This document shows positions 40,662 to 48,847 of a stretch of DNA of 64,000 bases, piece by piece. The DNA lies in contig CAWKDB010000010.1 of NCBI GenBank assembly GCA_963848295.1, positions 1,600,001-1,664,000 of the forward strand, given 5' to 3'. The stretch comes from an uncultured delta proteobacterium. Its GTDB lineage: Bacteria; Myxococcota_A; Polyangia; Haliangiales; Haliangiaceae. A program made the position numbers and the translations under genes. Numbering within the stretch: position 1 is the stretch's first letter; the number at the start of each line of letters is the position of its first letter. Below the pieces are notes generated by a model. That model did no database searches, was not told the origin of the DNA, and saw only the letters and a program-made list of their open reading frames with translations.

Positions 40662-41972
40662 CTAATCGCCCTTCGGCCGAGCTAGACCGTGGCGCTGAGC
40701 GAGCTCGCGCAGGTGCGCCCGATCCATCCTCGCCGCGCGGGCGGCACGCGTGATGTTGCCGGCGTGCCGCGATAACAGCTCCTGGACGTACCAGCGCTCC
40801 CACGTCCCGACGGCGCGCTCTTTCGCTTCGCGAAACGACGCTGCGTCGTCGAAGCCGACGTAGCCGTCGCCGGCCGGCGCGTCGACGTCGGGCGCACCGA
40901 CCATCAGCACCGCGCGTTCGACCGCGCTGCGCAGCTCGCGGACGTTGCCCGGCCACGCATGATCGCGCAGCGACGCGACGAGCGCCTCCGGTGGGCTCGC
41001 GGCGTCGTCGCCGATGAACACGCGATAGTAGTGTTCGATCAGCAGCGGGATATCCTCCCGCCGCTCGCGCAGCGGCGGGATTCGAAACCGCAGCACGTTG
41101 AGTCGGTAGTAGAGGTCGGCGCGGAACCGCCCGCGGTTGACCTCCTCGCGCAGGTCGCGGTTGGTCGCCGCGATCATCCGCACGTCGAGCCGGACCGGCT
41201 TCGTGCTGCCGATCCGCTTGATCACGCGCTCCTCGAGGACGCGCAGCAGCTTCGCTTGAAGATCGAGCGGCAGCTCGCCGATCTCGTCGAGAAACACCGT
41301 GCCGTTTTGCGCGGACTCGAAGGCGCCGACGCGCATCGCGTGCGCACCGGTGAACGAGCCCTTCTCGTGGCCGAACAGCTCGCTCTCGATCAGGGTCGGC
41401 GGGATCGACGCGCAGTCGACCACGATGAACGGCTGATCCGCGCGCGGGCTCTGCCGGTGGACGACGTCGGCGATCATGCTCTTGCCGGTCCCGGTCTCGC
41501 CTTCGAGCAGCATCGTGCTGTCGGTCGGGGCGACGCGCGCGATCAACGCGAAGATCCGGCGCATCGCCGGGCTCTCGCCGAGCACCTCGCCATAGTGATC
41601 CTCGGTCGACAGCTCCTGGCGGACCTCGTCGTCGAGCGTCTCGAACTTGACCGCGACCGTGCCGACGCGGAACGTCGAGCCCGGCTTGAGGTAGGCCGAC
41701 TCGATCAAGTGGTTCGCGAGCCAGGTGCCGTTCGTGCTCCCGAGATCTCGAAGCTGGAACCCCCGCGGCGTCACGCGGATCGCGCAGTGATGGCGCGACA
41801 CCGTCGGATCGTCGAGCGCGAGCTGATTGCCGGGCGCCGACCCGATCGTGAGCTCGCTCGTGCTCGCATCGGCCTCGGCCGACGACGAGCTGCCGACGAC
41901 CGACACGCGAAACCGGCGGAAGGTCAGGACCGCGAGTCGCGACACGACGACGTCGGTCGAGCGCTCGATCAC
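40662..41972 (-). CDS. FHA-domain sigma54-dependent activator
   Basis: FHA '[19 protein letters not shown]'; 'GETGTGKS', 'GSFTGA', 'FLDEIG', 'WPGNVREL' and an HTH. Confidence 0.9.
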   Translation of the reverse strand: MIERSTDVVVSRLAVLTFRRFRVSVVGSSSSAEADASTSELTIGSAPGNQLALDDPTVSRHHCAIRVTPRGFQLRDLGSTNGTWLANHLIESAYLKPGSTFRVGTVAVKFETLDDEVRQELSTEDHYGEVLGESPAMRRIFALIARVAPTDSTMLLEGETGTGKSMIADVVHRQSPRADQPFIVVDCASIPPTLIESELFGHEKGSFTGAHAMRVGAFESAQNGTVFLDEIGELPLDLQAKLLRVLEERVIKRIGSTKPVRLDVRMIAATNRDLREEVNRGRFRADLYYRLNVLRFRIPPLRERREDIPLLIEHYYRVFIGDDAASPPEALVASLRDHAWPGNVRELRSAVERAVLMVGAPDVDAPAGDGYVGFDDAASFREAKERAVGTWERWYVQELLSRHAGNITRAARAARMDRAHLRELAQRHGLARPKGD

Positions 41973-42015
41973 GGTGCCAGGGTAGCACGCGAATACCGCG
42001 TGATACACTCGGCTC

Positions 42016-43497
42016 GTGGCGGACGCAGGCGCCCAAGCCACTGCCCGACCTGACTCGATGTTGCCGCGCAAGCTCGGTCGCTACGAGCTGGTCGCCGCGC
42101 TCGCGAAAGGCGGGATGGGCCAGGTCTATCTCGCCTGCACGCGCGGACCCGGTGGGTTCGAGCGGCTCGTGGTCGTGAAGTGCGCGCTGCCCGGGGCGTC
42201 CGACGATCGGGAACAGAACTTGCTCTCCGAGGCCAGAATCGCGGCGACCCTACAACATACGAACATCGTGCAAGTGCACGACGTCGGGATCGAAGACGGC
42301 GTGGTGTTCATCGCGATGGAGTACCTGCACGGCCAGGACGTCGCGGCGATCTTGACCCGAGCATGGGGAACGAAGCGTCCGCTCGGGCTCGATCCGGCGC
42401 TCGCGATCGCGCTGTCGATGTGCTCGGGCCTGCACTACGCGCACGAGAAGCGCGACAGCGACGGCTCGATGCTCGAGATCGTGCACCGTGACGTGTCGCC
42501 CTCCAACGTGATCGTGACCTACGACGGCGGCGTGAAGATCATCGACTTCGGGATCGCGAAGGCGACGTCCTTGCCGAGCGAGACCCAGCTCGGCACGGTG
42601 AAGGGCAAGCCGGGCTACATGTCGCCGGAACAGTGCCGGAGCGAGCCGCTCGATCGCCGCAGCGACGTGTTCTGCCTCGGCATCGTGCTGTACGAGCTGA
42701 CGACCGGGATCCGACCATTCGCGGGTGACAGCGAGTACGAGCTCGCGAAGGCGATCGTCGAGCTCGAGCCGGTCTGGCCGCGAGCGATCGATAGCGCGTA
42801 TCCCGCGGAGCTCGAAGCCGTCACTCGACGAGCGCTCGCGAAGGATCGCCGCGATCGGTTCCCGAGCGCGCAGGCGATGCACGACGAGCTCGCAGCGCTG
42901 GCGAGTCGACGACGGCTCGACGTCTCGCAGTTCGCGCTACAGCGCGCGATGACGAGCCTGTTTCAGGTCGAGCTCGATGCGTGGCAAGCGGCGCAGGCGA
43001 ACGAGCAGGCGATGGTCGATTTCGCGATCCAACGTACCGCGACGGACGCGCGCCGACCCGCGCGGTTCTCGGAGACCGAGGAAGCGACGGCGACGATCGT
43101 CGCGCCGATGCCGCCCGCGTCGATGGTCGAGCCGCCGGAGTCCGCGACGAACCTCGCCGCGCCTGCGATCCGGCGCAGCCGCGCGCGGCTGTACGCGACC
43201 GGCGGCGTGATCGCCGCTGTCATCGCCGGCGGGTTGGTCTTTCACTTCACGGGCAAGAGTGGGCCCGAAGCCGCTGTGCCAGCCGAGCCGATCGCCGTCG
43301 ATCCGCCACCAGCGATCGCACCGCCGCCCCCGGCCGCGATTCCAGATGCCAGCCCGCCGGTCGCTATCCCGATCGACGCCGGAATCACCGACGCACCTCC
43401 CGCGCCGCTGCGTCACATCACGCCGCCGCCGAAACGCGTCGACCATCCGCGTCACGGTGCTCCCAAGCACGTCGATCCCGACGAGATCATCCGATGA
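42016..43497 (+). CDS. Membrane Ser/Thr protein kinase with Pro-rich tail
   Basis: 'GGMGQVY', 'HRDVSPSN', 'DFGIAK', 'GKPGYMSPE'; one TM segment. Confidence 0.92.
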   Translation: MADAGAQATARPDSMLPRKLGRYELVAALAKGGMGQVYLACTRGPGGFERLVVVKCALPGASDDREQNLLSEARIAATLQHTNIVQVHDVGIEDGVVFIAMEYLHGQDVAAILTRAWGTKRPLGLDPALAIALSMCSGLHYAHEKRDSDGSMLEIVHRDVSPSNVIVTYDGGVKIIDFGIAKATSLPSETQLGTVKGKPGYMSPEQCRSEPLDRRSDVFCLGIVLYELTTGIRPFAGDSEYELAKAIVELEPVWPRAIDSAYPAELEAVTRRALAKDRRDRFPSAQAMHDELAALASRRRLDVSQFALQRAMTSLFQVELDAWQAAQANEQAMVDFAIQRTATDARRPARFSETEEATATIVAPMPPASMVEPPESATNLAAPAIRRSRARLYATGGVIAAVIAGGLVFHFTGKSGPEAAVPAEPIAVDPPPAIAPPPPAAIPDASPPVAIPIDAGITDAPPAPLRHITPPPKRVDHPRHGAPKHVDPDEIIR

Positions 43498-44333
43498 AGG
43501 CGCGCGCACTGGCGATCGTGCCGATCGTGGTTGCGGCTCGCGTGTTACTCGCGAGCGCTGGTCCGGTGTCGTTCGAACCGCCGTCTCGGGTGCGGGGCGC
43601 GCAGGCCCACTTCAAGCGCGGCACGGAGCTGTTCGACGCGAACGACTTCGCGACCGCCGCGACCGAGTACGCCGCCGCGTACGCGCTCGACCCCGATGCG
43701 AAGTGGCTGCTGTTCAACCTCGCGGTCGCGCGGCGCAAGGCCAACGCGTGTCCCGAAGCCATCGAGGCCTACGATGCGTTCATCGCGGCGGGACCGCCTG
43801 ATGACGAGCTGGCGTTGGCACACGAAGGCGTCGCCGAGTGCGCCGAGATCCTCGCGCAAGCGCGGCGCGAAGAAGACGCGGCGCTCGCCGAACAAGCGCG
43901 ACGAGCCGAGCAAGAGCGCGCGGCCGAGCAACAACGCGCCGCCGCGGCAGAGCGCCAGCGCCTCGCCGACGATCAAGCGCTCCGTGATCGCGAAGCGAGC
44001 GAGCTCGCGAATCGCGGTTTGCGAGCTCGTCATCGCGCGATCGCGGTGGGGGTGACGAGCGCCGGTATCGGACTCGTCGCCGGTGGCCTGTACTTGGTCG
44101 CGCGCCACGAAGCCTCCGCGGCGGGCTCGGCGGGCTCGCTCGGCGATTTTCATACCGCACGGTCGAACGCATACGCGTTTCAGACCGCGAGCCAGGTCAC
44201 CGGCGTCGCCGCGGCCGCGCTCGCGACGACGGCAGCGATCTACTATGCCGTCTCGCGCGCGGCTCCCGCGCACGCGGTCGCGATCGCGCCCGTCTCGCGC
44301 GGCGCGATGCTCGTGATCGGCGGCGCGCTGTGA
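43494..44333 (+). CDS. Exported TPR-containing protein with C-terminal hydrophobic segments
   Basis: 'AHFKRGTELFDANDFATAATEYAAAYALDP..LLFNLA'. ATGA overlap with the kinase. Confidence 0.75.
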   Translation: MKARALAIVPIVVAARVLLASAGPVSFEPPSRVRGAQAHFKRGTELFDANDFATAATEYAAAYALDPDAKWLLFNLAVARRKANACPEAIEAYDAFIAAGPPDDELALAHEGVAECAEILAQARREEDAALAEQARRAEQERAAEQQRAAAAERQRLADDQALRDREASELANRGLRARHRAIAVGVTSAGIGLVAGGLYLVARHEASAAGSAGSLGDFHTARSNAYAFQTASQVTGVAAAALATTAAIYYAVSRAAPAHAVAIAPVSRGAMLVIGGAL

Positions 44334-45250
44334 TCCGCGGCGCGCTGCTGCTCGCGCTGGGCACGAGCTGCGTGCACGTCGCCGATACCTATACGTGCAC
44401 GAGCGATGCGCAGTGTACCGGCGCCGCGCAAGGCCGCTGCGAACCGTCGGGCAGCTGCAGCTTTCCCGATGCGACGTGCGGTACCGACGGCTATCGCTAC
44501 GACGCGTCGAGCGGTGTGCGCGCCGGTGTGTGCGTGCTCGCCGACGAGGTCGTCCAGGCCGACCTCGATTTCACCCACGCTTCCGATCAAGTCGCGAGCA
44601 ATTGCTCGACCGGCACCGCCGACATCGAGCTCGAGCTCTCGATCGCGAGCCAACAGACGATCGCGTTCGATACACCTGGAGCCGGGGCGACGATCGCCGT
44701 CTACGCCGGATCGTGTCCGCCCGCGACGCCGAGCGCGGGCATGTGCACCGACATGCCGTGCAACGATCCGACGTACGATCGCAACGTCCAGACGCTCGAT
44801 CCAGGTACGTATTGTATCGTCGCCGAGCAGACAGGCGCGACCACCGGCACGCTGCGGATGTTTCCGATCGACGGCACCGCGATCGTCGCGACCGCCGCGA
44901 CCGGAAACGGCTCGACATGCGGTCATGCGACGAACGTCGCAACTCCGAGCTGCTTCAGCCCGGTTGGCCCGTCGGTGCCGGTGCTGCTGTGGCACTGCCC
45001 GTCGATGCAGCTGCAGTTCGCGGCGACGATCACACCGGAAGCCAGTCTCGATGTCGGCCTGTCGCTGCGCCGCGCGACCGACAACTCCGAGGTCGGCGGC
45101 TACTGCGCGAACGCGGGCGGCAACGGTGCGAACGAGATGCTTCACGGCACGATCCTGAGCCCCGGCCCGTACTGGTTGATGATCGACGGTGTCGGCGGCG
45201 GCGGTGCCGGGCAGTGCGGCGCGTTCGCGACGACGTTCTCGTTTCAATGA
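44330..45250 (+). CDS. Cys-rich lipoprotein
   Basis: Lipobox 'GTSC'; 'YTCTSDAQC..GRCEPSGSCSFPD..C..GYRY'. GTGA overlap. Confidence 0.75.
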   Translation: MIRGALLLALGTSCVHVADTYTCTSDAQCTGAAQGRCEPSGSCSFPDATCGTDGYRYDASSGVRAGVCVLADEVVQADLDFTHASDQVASNCSTGTADIELELSIASQQTIAFDTPGAGATIAVYAGSCPPATPSAGMCTDMPCNDPTYDRNVQTLDPGTYCIVAEQTGATTGTLRMFPIDGTAIVATAATGNGSTCGHATNVATPSCFSPVGPSVPVLLWHCPSMQLQFAATITPEASLDVGLSLRRATDNSEVGGYCANAGGNGANEMLHGTILSPGPYWLMIDGVGGGGAGQCGAFATTFSFQ

Positions 45251-45257
45251 CAGCCGC

Positions 45258-45295
45258 GGTGGCGCCAGCCTCCGGAGGTGGCGCCAGCCTCCGGA
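45258..45295. repeat. Exact 19-bp tandem duplication (ggtggcgccagcctccgga x2)
   Basis: Read directly: 45258-45276 equals 45277-45295. Confidence 0.9.
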
Positions 45296-45333
45296 CTCCC
45301 GACGTCATCCGTGTACTTACATCGCGACGCGAG

Positions 45334-45349
45334 TGGCCCGTGCAGTGCA
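45334..45349 (+). promoter_or_regulatory. Putative sigma54 -24/-12 promoter
   Basis: TGGCCCGTGCAGTGCA, with 13 nt between the GC and ATG 45362. Confidence 0.55.
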
Positions 45350-45361
45350 GAAGCAGTCGCC

Positions 45362-46480
45362 ATGGGTCATTCAGCTCGCTGCGCGATCGTGTTGCTGCTC
45401 GCCGCCTGCACGCATGCCGGCTCGGGCACCGCGCTCGATTCCGGATCCGCGTCGCCCGACAGCGGCTCTGGGTCGGTGTCGCCCGATGGCAGTCTCCGCG
45501 ATGGCGGCGGTGACGCCGGGACGAGCAGCGCGCTGCCACTCGGCACGGTCACCGTGACGCAAGCGACGGTCGCATGCCCGAAGGGCGCCGCACCGGGGGC
45601 GACGTGCGAGACGTTGTCGGTCTCGTGTCCGGACATCCCAGACCTCGCCGTCACGATCGCGGACGTCGAGCCCACCGGCACACCCAAGGGCACGATCGTG
45701 TCGCACGACGGTGGCTCGGGCACCGGGTTCTACAACGGTAACACCGGCGACCCGAGCCGCAGCTTTTCGAAGTCGCTCACCGCAAAGGGCTACCGGTATG
45801 TCCAGGTCGCGTGGGCCGATGACTGGGCATCGACCGGCAAAGGGATCAAGACCGCGGGCTGCCGCCCTGCGACGGTGTTCCGCTGGATCTTCGACAACAT
45901 TCACGGCGGCAGCCGGACGACCGGGTTCTGCGCGCAGAGCGCGAGCGGCGGCACCGCGGCGGTCCTCTATTCGATCGCGTCGTACGGGCTCAAGAACGTG
46001 TGGGACTACCTGCAGCTCGCGGCGGGCCCGACGCCCGCGCGCCTCGACTACGGCTGCGACCCGCCGCTCTATACCGGTGGCGCACGCAACTTGTGCCCGC
46101 AACTCACGGACGCACCGTGGCAGTACAAGAGTCCCGGCTCGTCGATCGTCAGCATCGCGAACGGCTGGGAAGGCACGAGCACGTGTGACGCGGCGGCACC
46201 GCCCGCCGGCGATGTCGACAAGTGGGCGAGCGACAGCCTGGTCTCGACCGGCGACGAGCTCGACTACTCGCAGACGACGATGACGTACTGGTACTGCGTC
46301 ACGACGCCGAACATGAGCACCGGCCAGGCGTCGTTCTTCATCGACGCGGCGCACGCGAAGAACCCGGCCGAAGTGAACTGTTACAGCGGGACGTGCACGA
46401 GCGAGGAGGTATTCGAGGACGCCGGCGCGTTCGATCTCGCGGTCCAAGAGATGACGACCGACTGCGTCCCCAACCACTAA
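45362..46480 (+). CDS. Lipoprotein, possible alpha/beta-hydrolase fold
   Basis: Lipobox 'LAAC'; S/G/D linker; 'HDGGSG' and 'AQSASGG' resemble oxyanion and nucleophile loops. Confidence 0.55.
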   Translation: MGHSARCAIVLLLAACTHAGSGTALDSGSASPDSGSGSVSPDGSLRDGGGDAGTSSALPLGTVTVTQATVACPKGAAPGATCETLSVSCPDIPDLAVTIADVEPTGTPKGTIVSHDGGSGTGFYNGNTGDPSRSFSKSLTAKGYRYVQVAWADDWASTGKGIKTAGCRPATVFRWIFDNIHGGSRTTGFCAQSASGGTAAVLYSIASYGLKNVWDYLQLAAGPTPARLDYGCDPPLYTGGARNLCPQLTDAPWQYKSPGSSIVSIANGWEGTSTCDAAAPPAGDVDKWASDSLVSTGDELDYSQTTMTYWYCVTTPNMSTGQASFFIDAAHAKNPAEVNCYSGTCTSEEVFEDAGAFDLAVQEMTTDCVPNH

Positions 46481-46494
46481 TCCGTCGAGGCCTC

Positions 46495-48738
46495 ATGACC
46501 AAGCTCCTGTTGTCGATCTGTGCGGTCGCCCTCGCGGCGTGCCACGGCGGTGCGGAAGGCGGCGGCGATGGCGGTGACGGCGGCGGTGGCGGTGGCGATT
46601 CGGGCGCGTCGATCGATGCGCAGTCGTGCGCGGCCGAGCCCGCCGACTTCTTCGTCGCCACGAACGGCGACGATGCGTGGACCGGCACCCTCGCAGCTCC
46701 GAACAGCGCCGGCACCGACGGGCCGTTCGCGACGCTCGGCCACGCCCAGACGATGGTGCGCTCGCTGCCGCGCGGTGGCCGGACGACGCCGATCACGGTC
46801 TCGATCCGCGGCGGCACGTACTTCTTGGCGAAGACGTGGACGTTCGACGCGACCGATGCCGGCACGGCCGCCGTGCCGACCGTCTACGCGGCATATCCGT
46901 GCGAGACCCCGGTCATCAGCGGCGGGTTCGCGATCGACTCGTGGACCGCCGATGCGAGTGGCGCGCTCACCGCGACCGTACCGGCGACCGCGAGCTTCGC
47001 GCAGCTGTGGGTCAACGATGCGCGCCGCTATCGCCCGCGCGCGCTCGCCGGCGGGTACGGCTTCATCGACACGCCGACCGCAAACGGCTTCCACTTCACC
47101 GACGCCGGCGCGTTCTCGCCGAGCTGGCACGACCTGGGCGATGTCGAGGTCGTCGTGTTCGAGAAGTGGACGGTGTCGCGCAAGAAGGTCCTCGGCGTCA
47201 ATGCGGCGACGCAGACGGTGACGACCGACCCGTTCACGAACGCCGGTGCCGATCACGGCTATCTGCAAGGCCATCGCTACCTCGTCGAGAACGTCAAGGA
47301 GGCGATCGCGCCCGGCCAGTTCTATCTCGACAGCGTCAGCCACGAGCTGTCATATATGCCGCTCGCCGGCGAGACCGCCGCGAACGTGACCGCGATCGCG
47401 CCGGCGCTATCGCAGCTCGTCGTCGCGAACGGCCTGACCTACACGACATTTCGCGGCCTGACGTTCTCGCATTCGAACTACGTGATCCCGGCGACCGGGT
47501 ATCAACAGACCCAAGGGTTGTGGGACATCCCGGCGGCGGTCGAGCTCGATGACTCGGTCCACGTGACGTTCGATGGCTGCTCGTTCGAGCACCTGGGCAA
47601 CGTCGGCGTCGACATCGAGGGCAGCGGCGGGTTCGTCGCGAGCGCGGGCGACCCGTACTCGGACGAGATCATCAACAGTGCGGTCACCGACATCGGCGTC
47701 AGCGGCATCCGGATCGGGTCGGACAACCGACCGCCGAACACCGTCACCGATGCGACCGCGACCCAGAGCGTGCACGTCGCGAACAACCTGATCGCGGGAG
47801 GTGGCCGGTACCTGACCAGCGGCGTCGGTATCATCATCGGCGAATCCCACGGCAACGTCATCGAGCATAACGAGATCGACGATCTTTATCAGACCGGCAT
47901 CTCGGTCGGCTTCACGTTCGCGACCACTTCCGCCAACGGTACGATCGCGACCTATCCCGCGACGCTCGCGCACGACAACGTGCTCGACCACAATCTGATC
48001 CACGACATCGGCCGCGGCGTCACCGACGACTTCGGCGGCATCTACCTGCTGGTCGGGAAGTCGCTCGGCAACGTCGTCTCGAACAACGTCATCCACGACA
48101 TCGTCAACTCCCCGAGCGCGGGCGGCTACGGCGGCAACGGCATCTACTTCGACCAGGGGACGAGCAACGTGATGGCGACGTCGAATCTCGTCTACCGCGT
48201 CACCGGCTCGCTGATGCAGCAGAACTACGGCCGCGCCGACGTGTTCACGAACAACCTCTTCGCGTTCGGCAAGGCCGGCGTCTACCACCACCAGTTCTAC
48301 GAACCGGCCGGCACGCTGTGGGCGACGTTCGCGAACAACGTCGTCTACTACGATACCGGCCCGTTCTTCGACCAGGGCTTTCACTGCCCGGCCGGCAGCG
48401 ACTGCCGATCGTCGTTCGATCTCCACGACAACGACGAGCTCTCGACGCGAGGGGCCGTGACCTTTCAGATCCAGACTCCGGCCGAGAGCTACACGCTCGC
48501 GCAGTTCCAAGCGATGCAGTCCGAGGAGCTCGGTTCGATCTCGGCCGACCCGCAGCTCGTTGACCCGACGTATGGCCACGACGACTTCACCTTGTCCGCG
48601 ACGTCGCCCGCGCTCGGCATCGGCTTCGTACCGTTCGACCCATCGACCGCGGGTCGCACGACCACGGCGCTGATGCCGCCACCTGCGCCGACCGCGTTCC
48701 CGCTGCAGGAGCCGGCCGATCCCGCGACGTTCTATTAG
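46495..48738 (+). CDS. Lipoprotein with right-handed parallel beta-helix repeats (GH141-like)
   Basis: Lipobox 'LAAC'; 'FFVATNGDD..GT..PFATL', 'RGGTY', 'HNLIHD..DDFGGIY', 'GIYFDQG'. Confidence 0.8.
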   Translation: MTKLLLSICAVALAACHGGAEGGGDGGDGGGGGGDSGASIDAQSCAAEPADFFVATNGDDAWTGTLAAPNSAGTDGPFATLGHAQTMVRSLPRGGRTTPITVSIRGGTYFLAKTWTFDATDAGTAAVPTVYAAYPCETPVISGGFAIDSWTADASGALTATVPATASFAQLWVNDARRYRPRALAGGYGFIDTPTANGFHFTDAGAFSPSWHDLGDVEVVVFEKWTVSRKKVLGVNAATQTVTTDPFTNAGADHGYLQGHRYLVENVKEAIAPGQFYLDSVSHELSYMPLAGETAANVTAIAPALSQLVVANGLTYTTFRGLTFSHSNYVIPATGYQQTQGLWDIPAAVELDDSVHVTFDGCSFEHLGNVGVDIEGSGGFVASAGDPYSDEIINSAVTDIGVSGIRIGSDNRPPNTVTDATATQSVHVANNLIAGGGRYLTSGVGIIIGESHGNVIEHNEIDDLYQTGISVGFTFATTSANGTIATYPATLAHDNVLDHNLIHDIGRGVTDDFGGIYLLVGKSLGNVVSNNVIHDIVNSPSAGGYGGNGIYFDQGTSNVMATSNLVYRVTGSLMQQNYGRADVFTNNLFAFGKAGVYHHQFYEPAGTLWATFANNVVYYDTGPFFDQGFHCPAGSDCRSSFDLHDNDELSTRGAVTFQIQTPAESYTLAQFQAMQSEELGSISADPQLVDPTYGHDDFTLSATSPALGIGFVPFDPSTAGRTTTALMPPPAPTAFPLQEPADPATFY

Positions 48739-48819
48739 CGCGGCTCGAAAATCTGAGGCGCGCGGCGGCAATCTGAGAGCTGGCGAGCGAGAGCTCCATG
48801 GATTTCGCAGGCTTTGCCG

Positions 48820-48835
48820 TGGCACTGTCCTCGCA
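48820..48835 (+). promoter_or_regulatory. Putative sigma54 -24/-12 promoter
   Basis: TGGCACTGTCCTCGCA, with 13 nt between the GC and ATG 48848. Confidence 0.7.
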
Positions 48836-48847
48836 ACCACCGGACGG

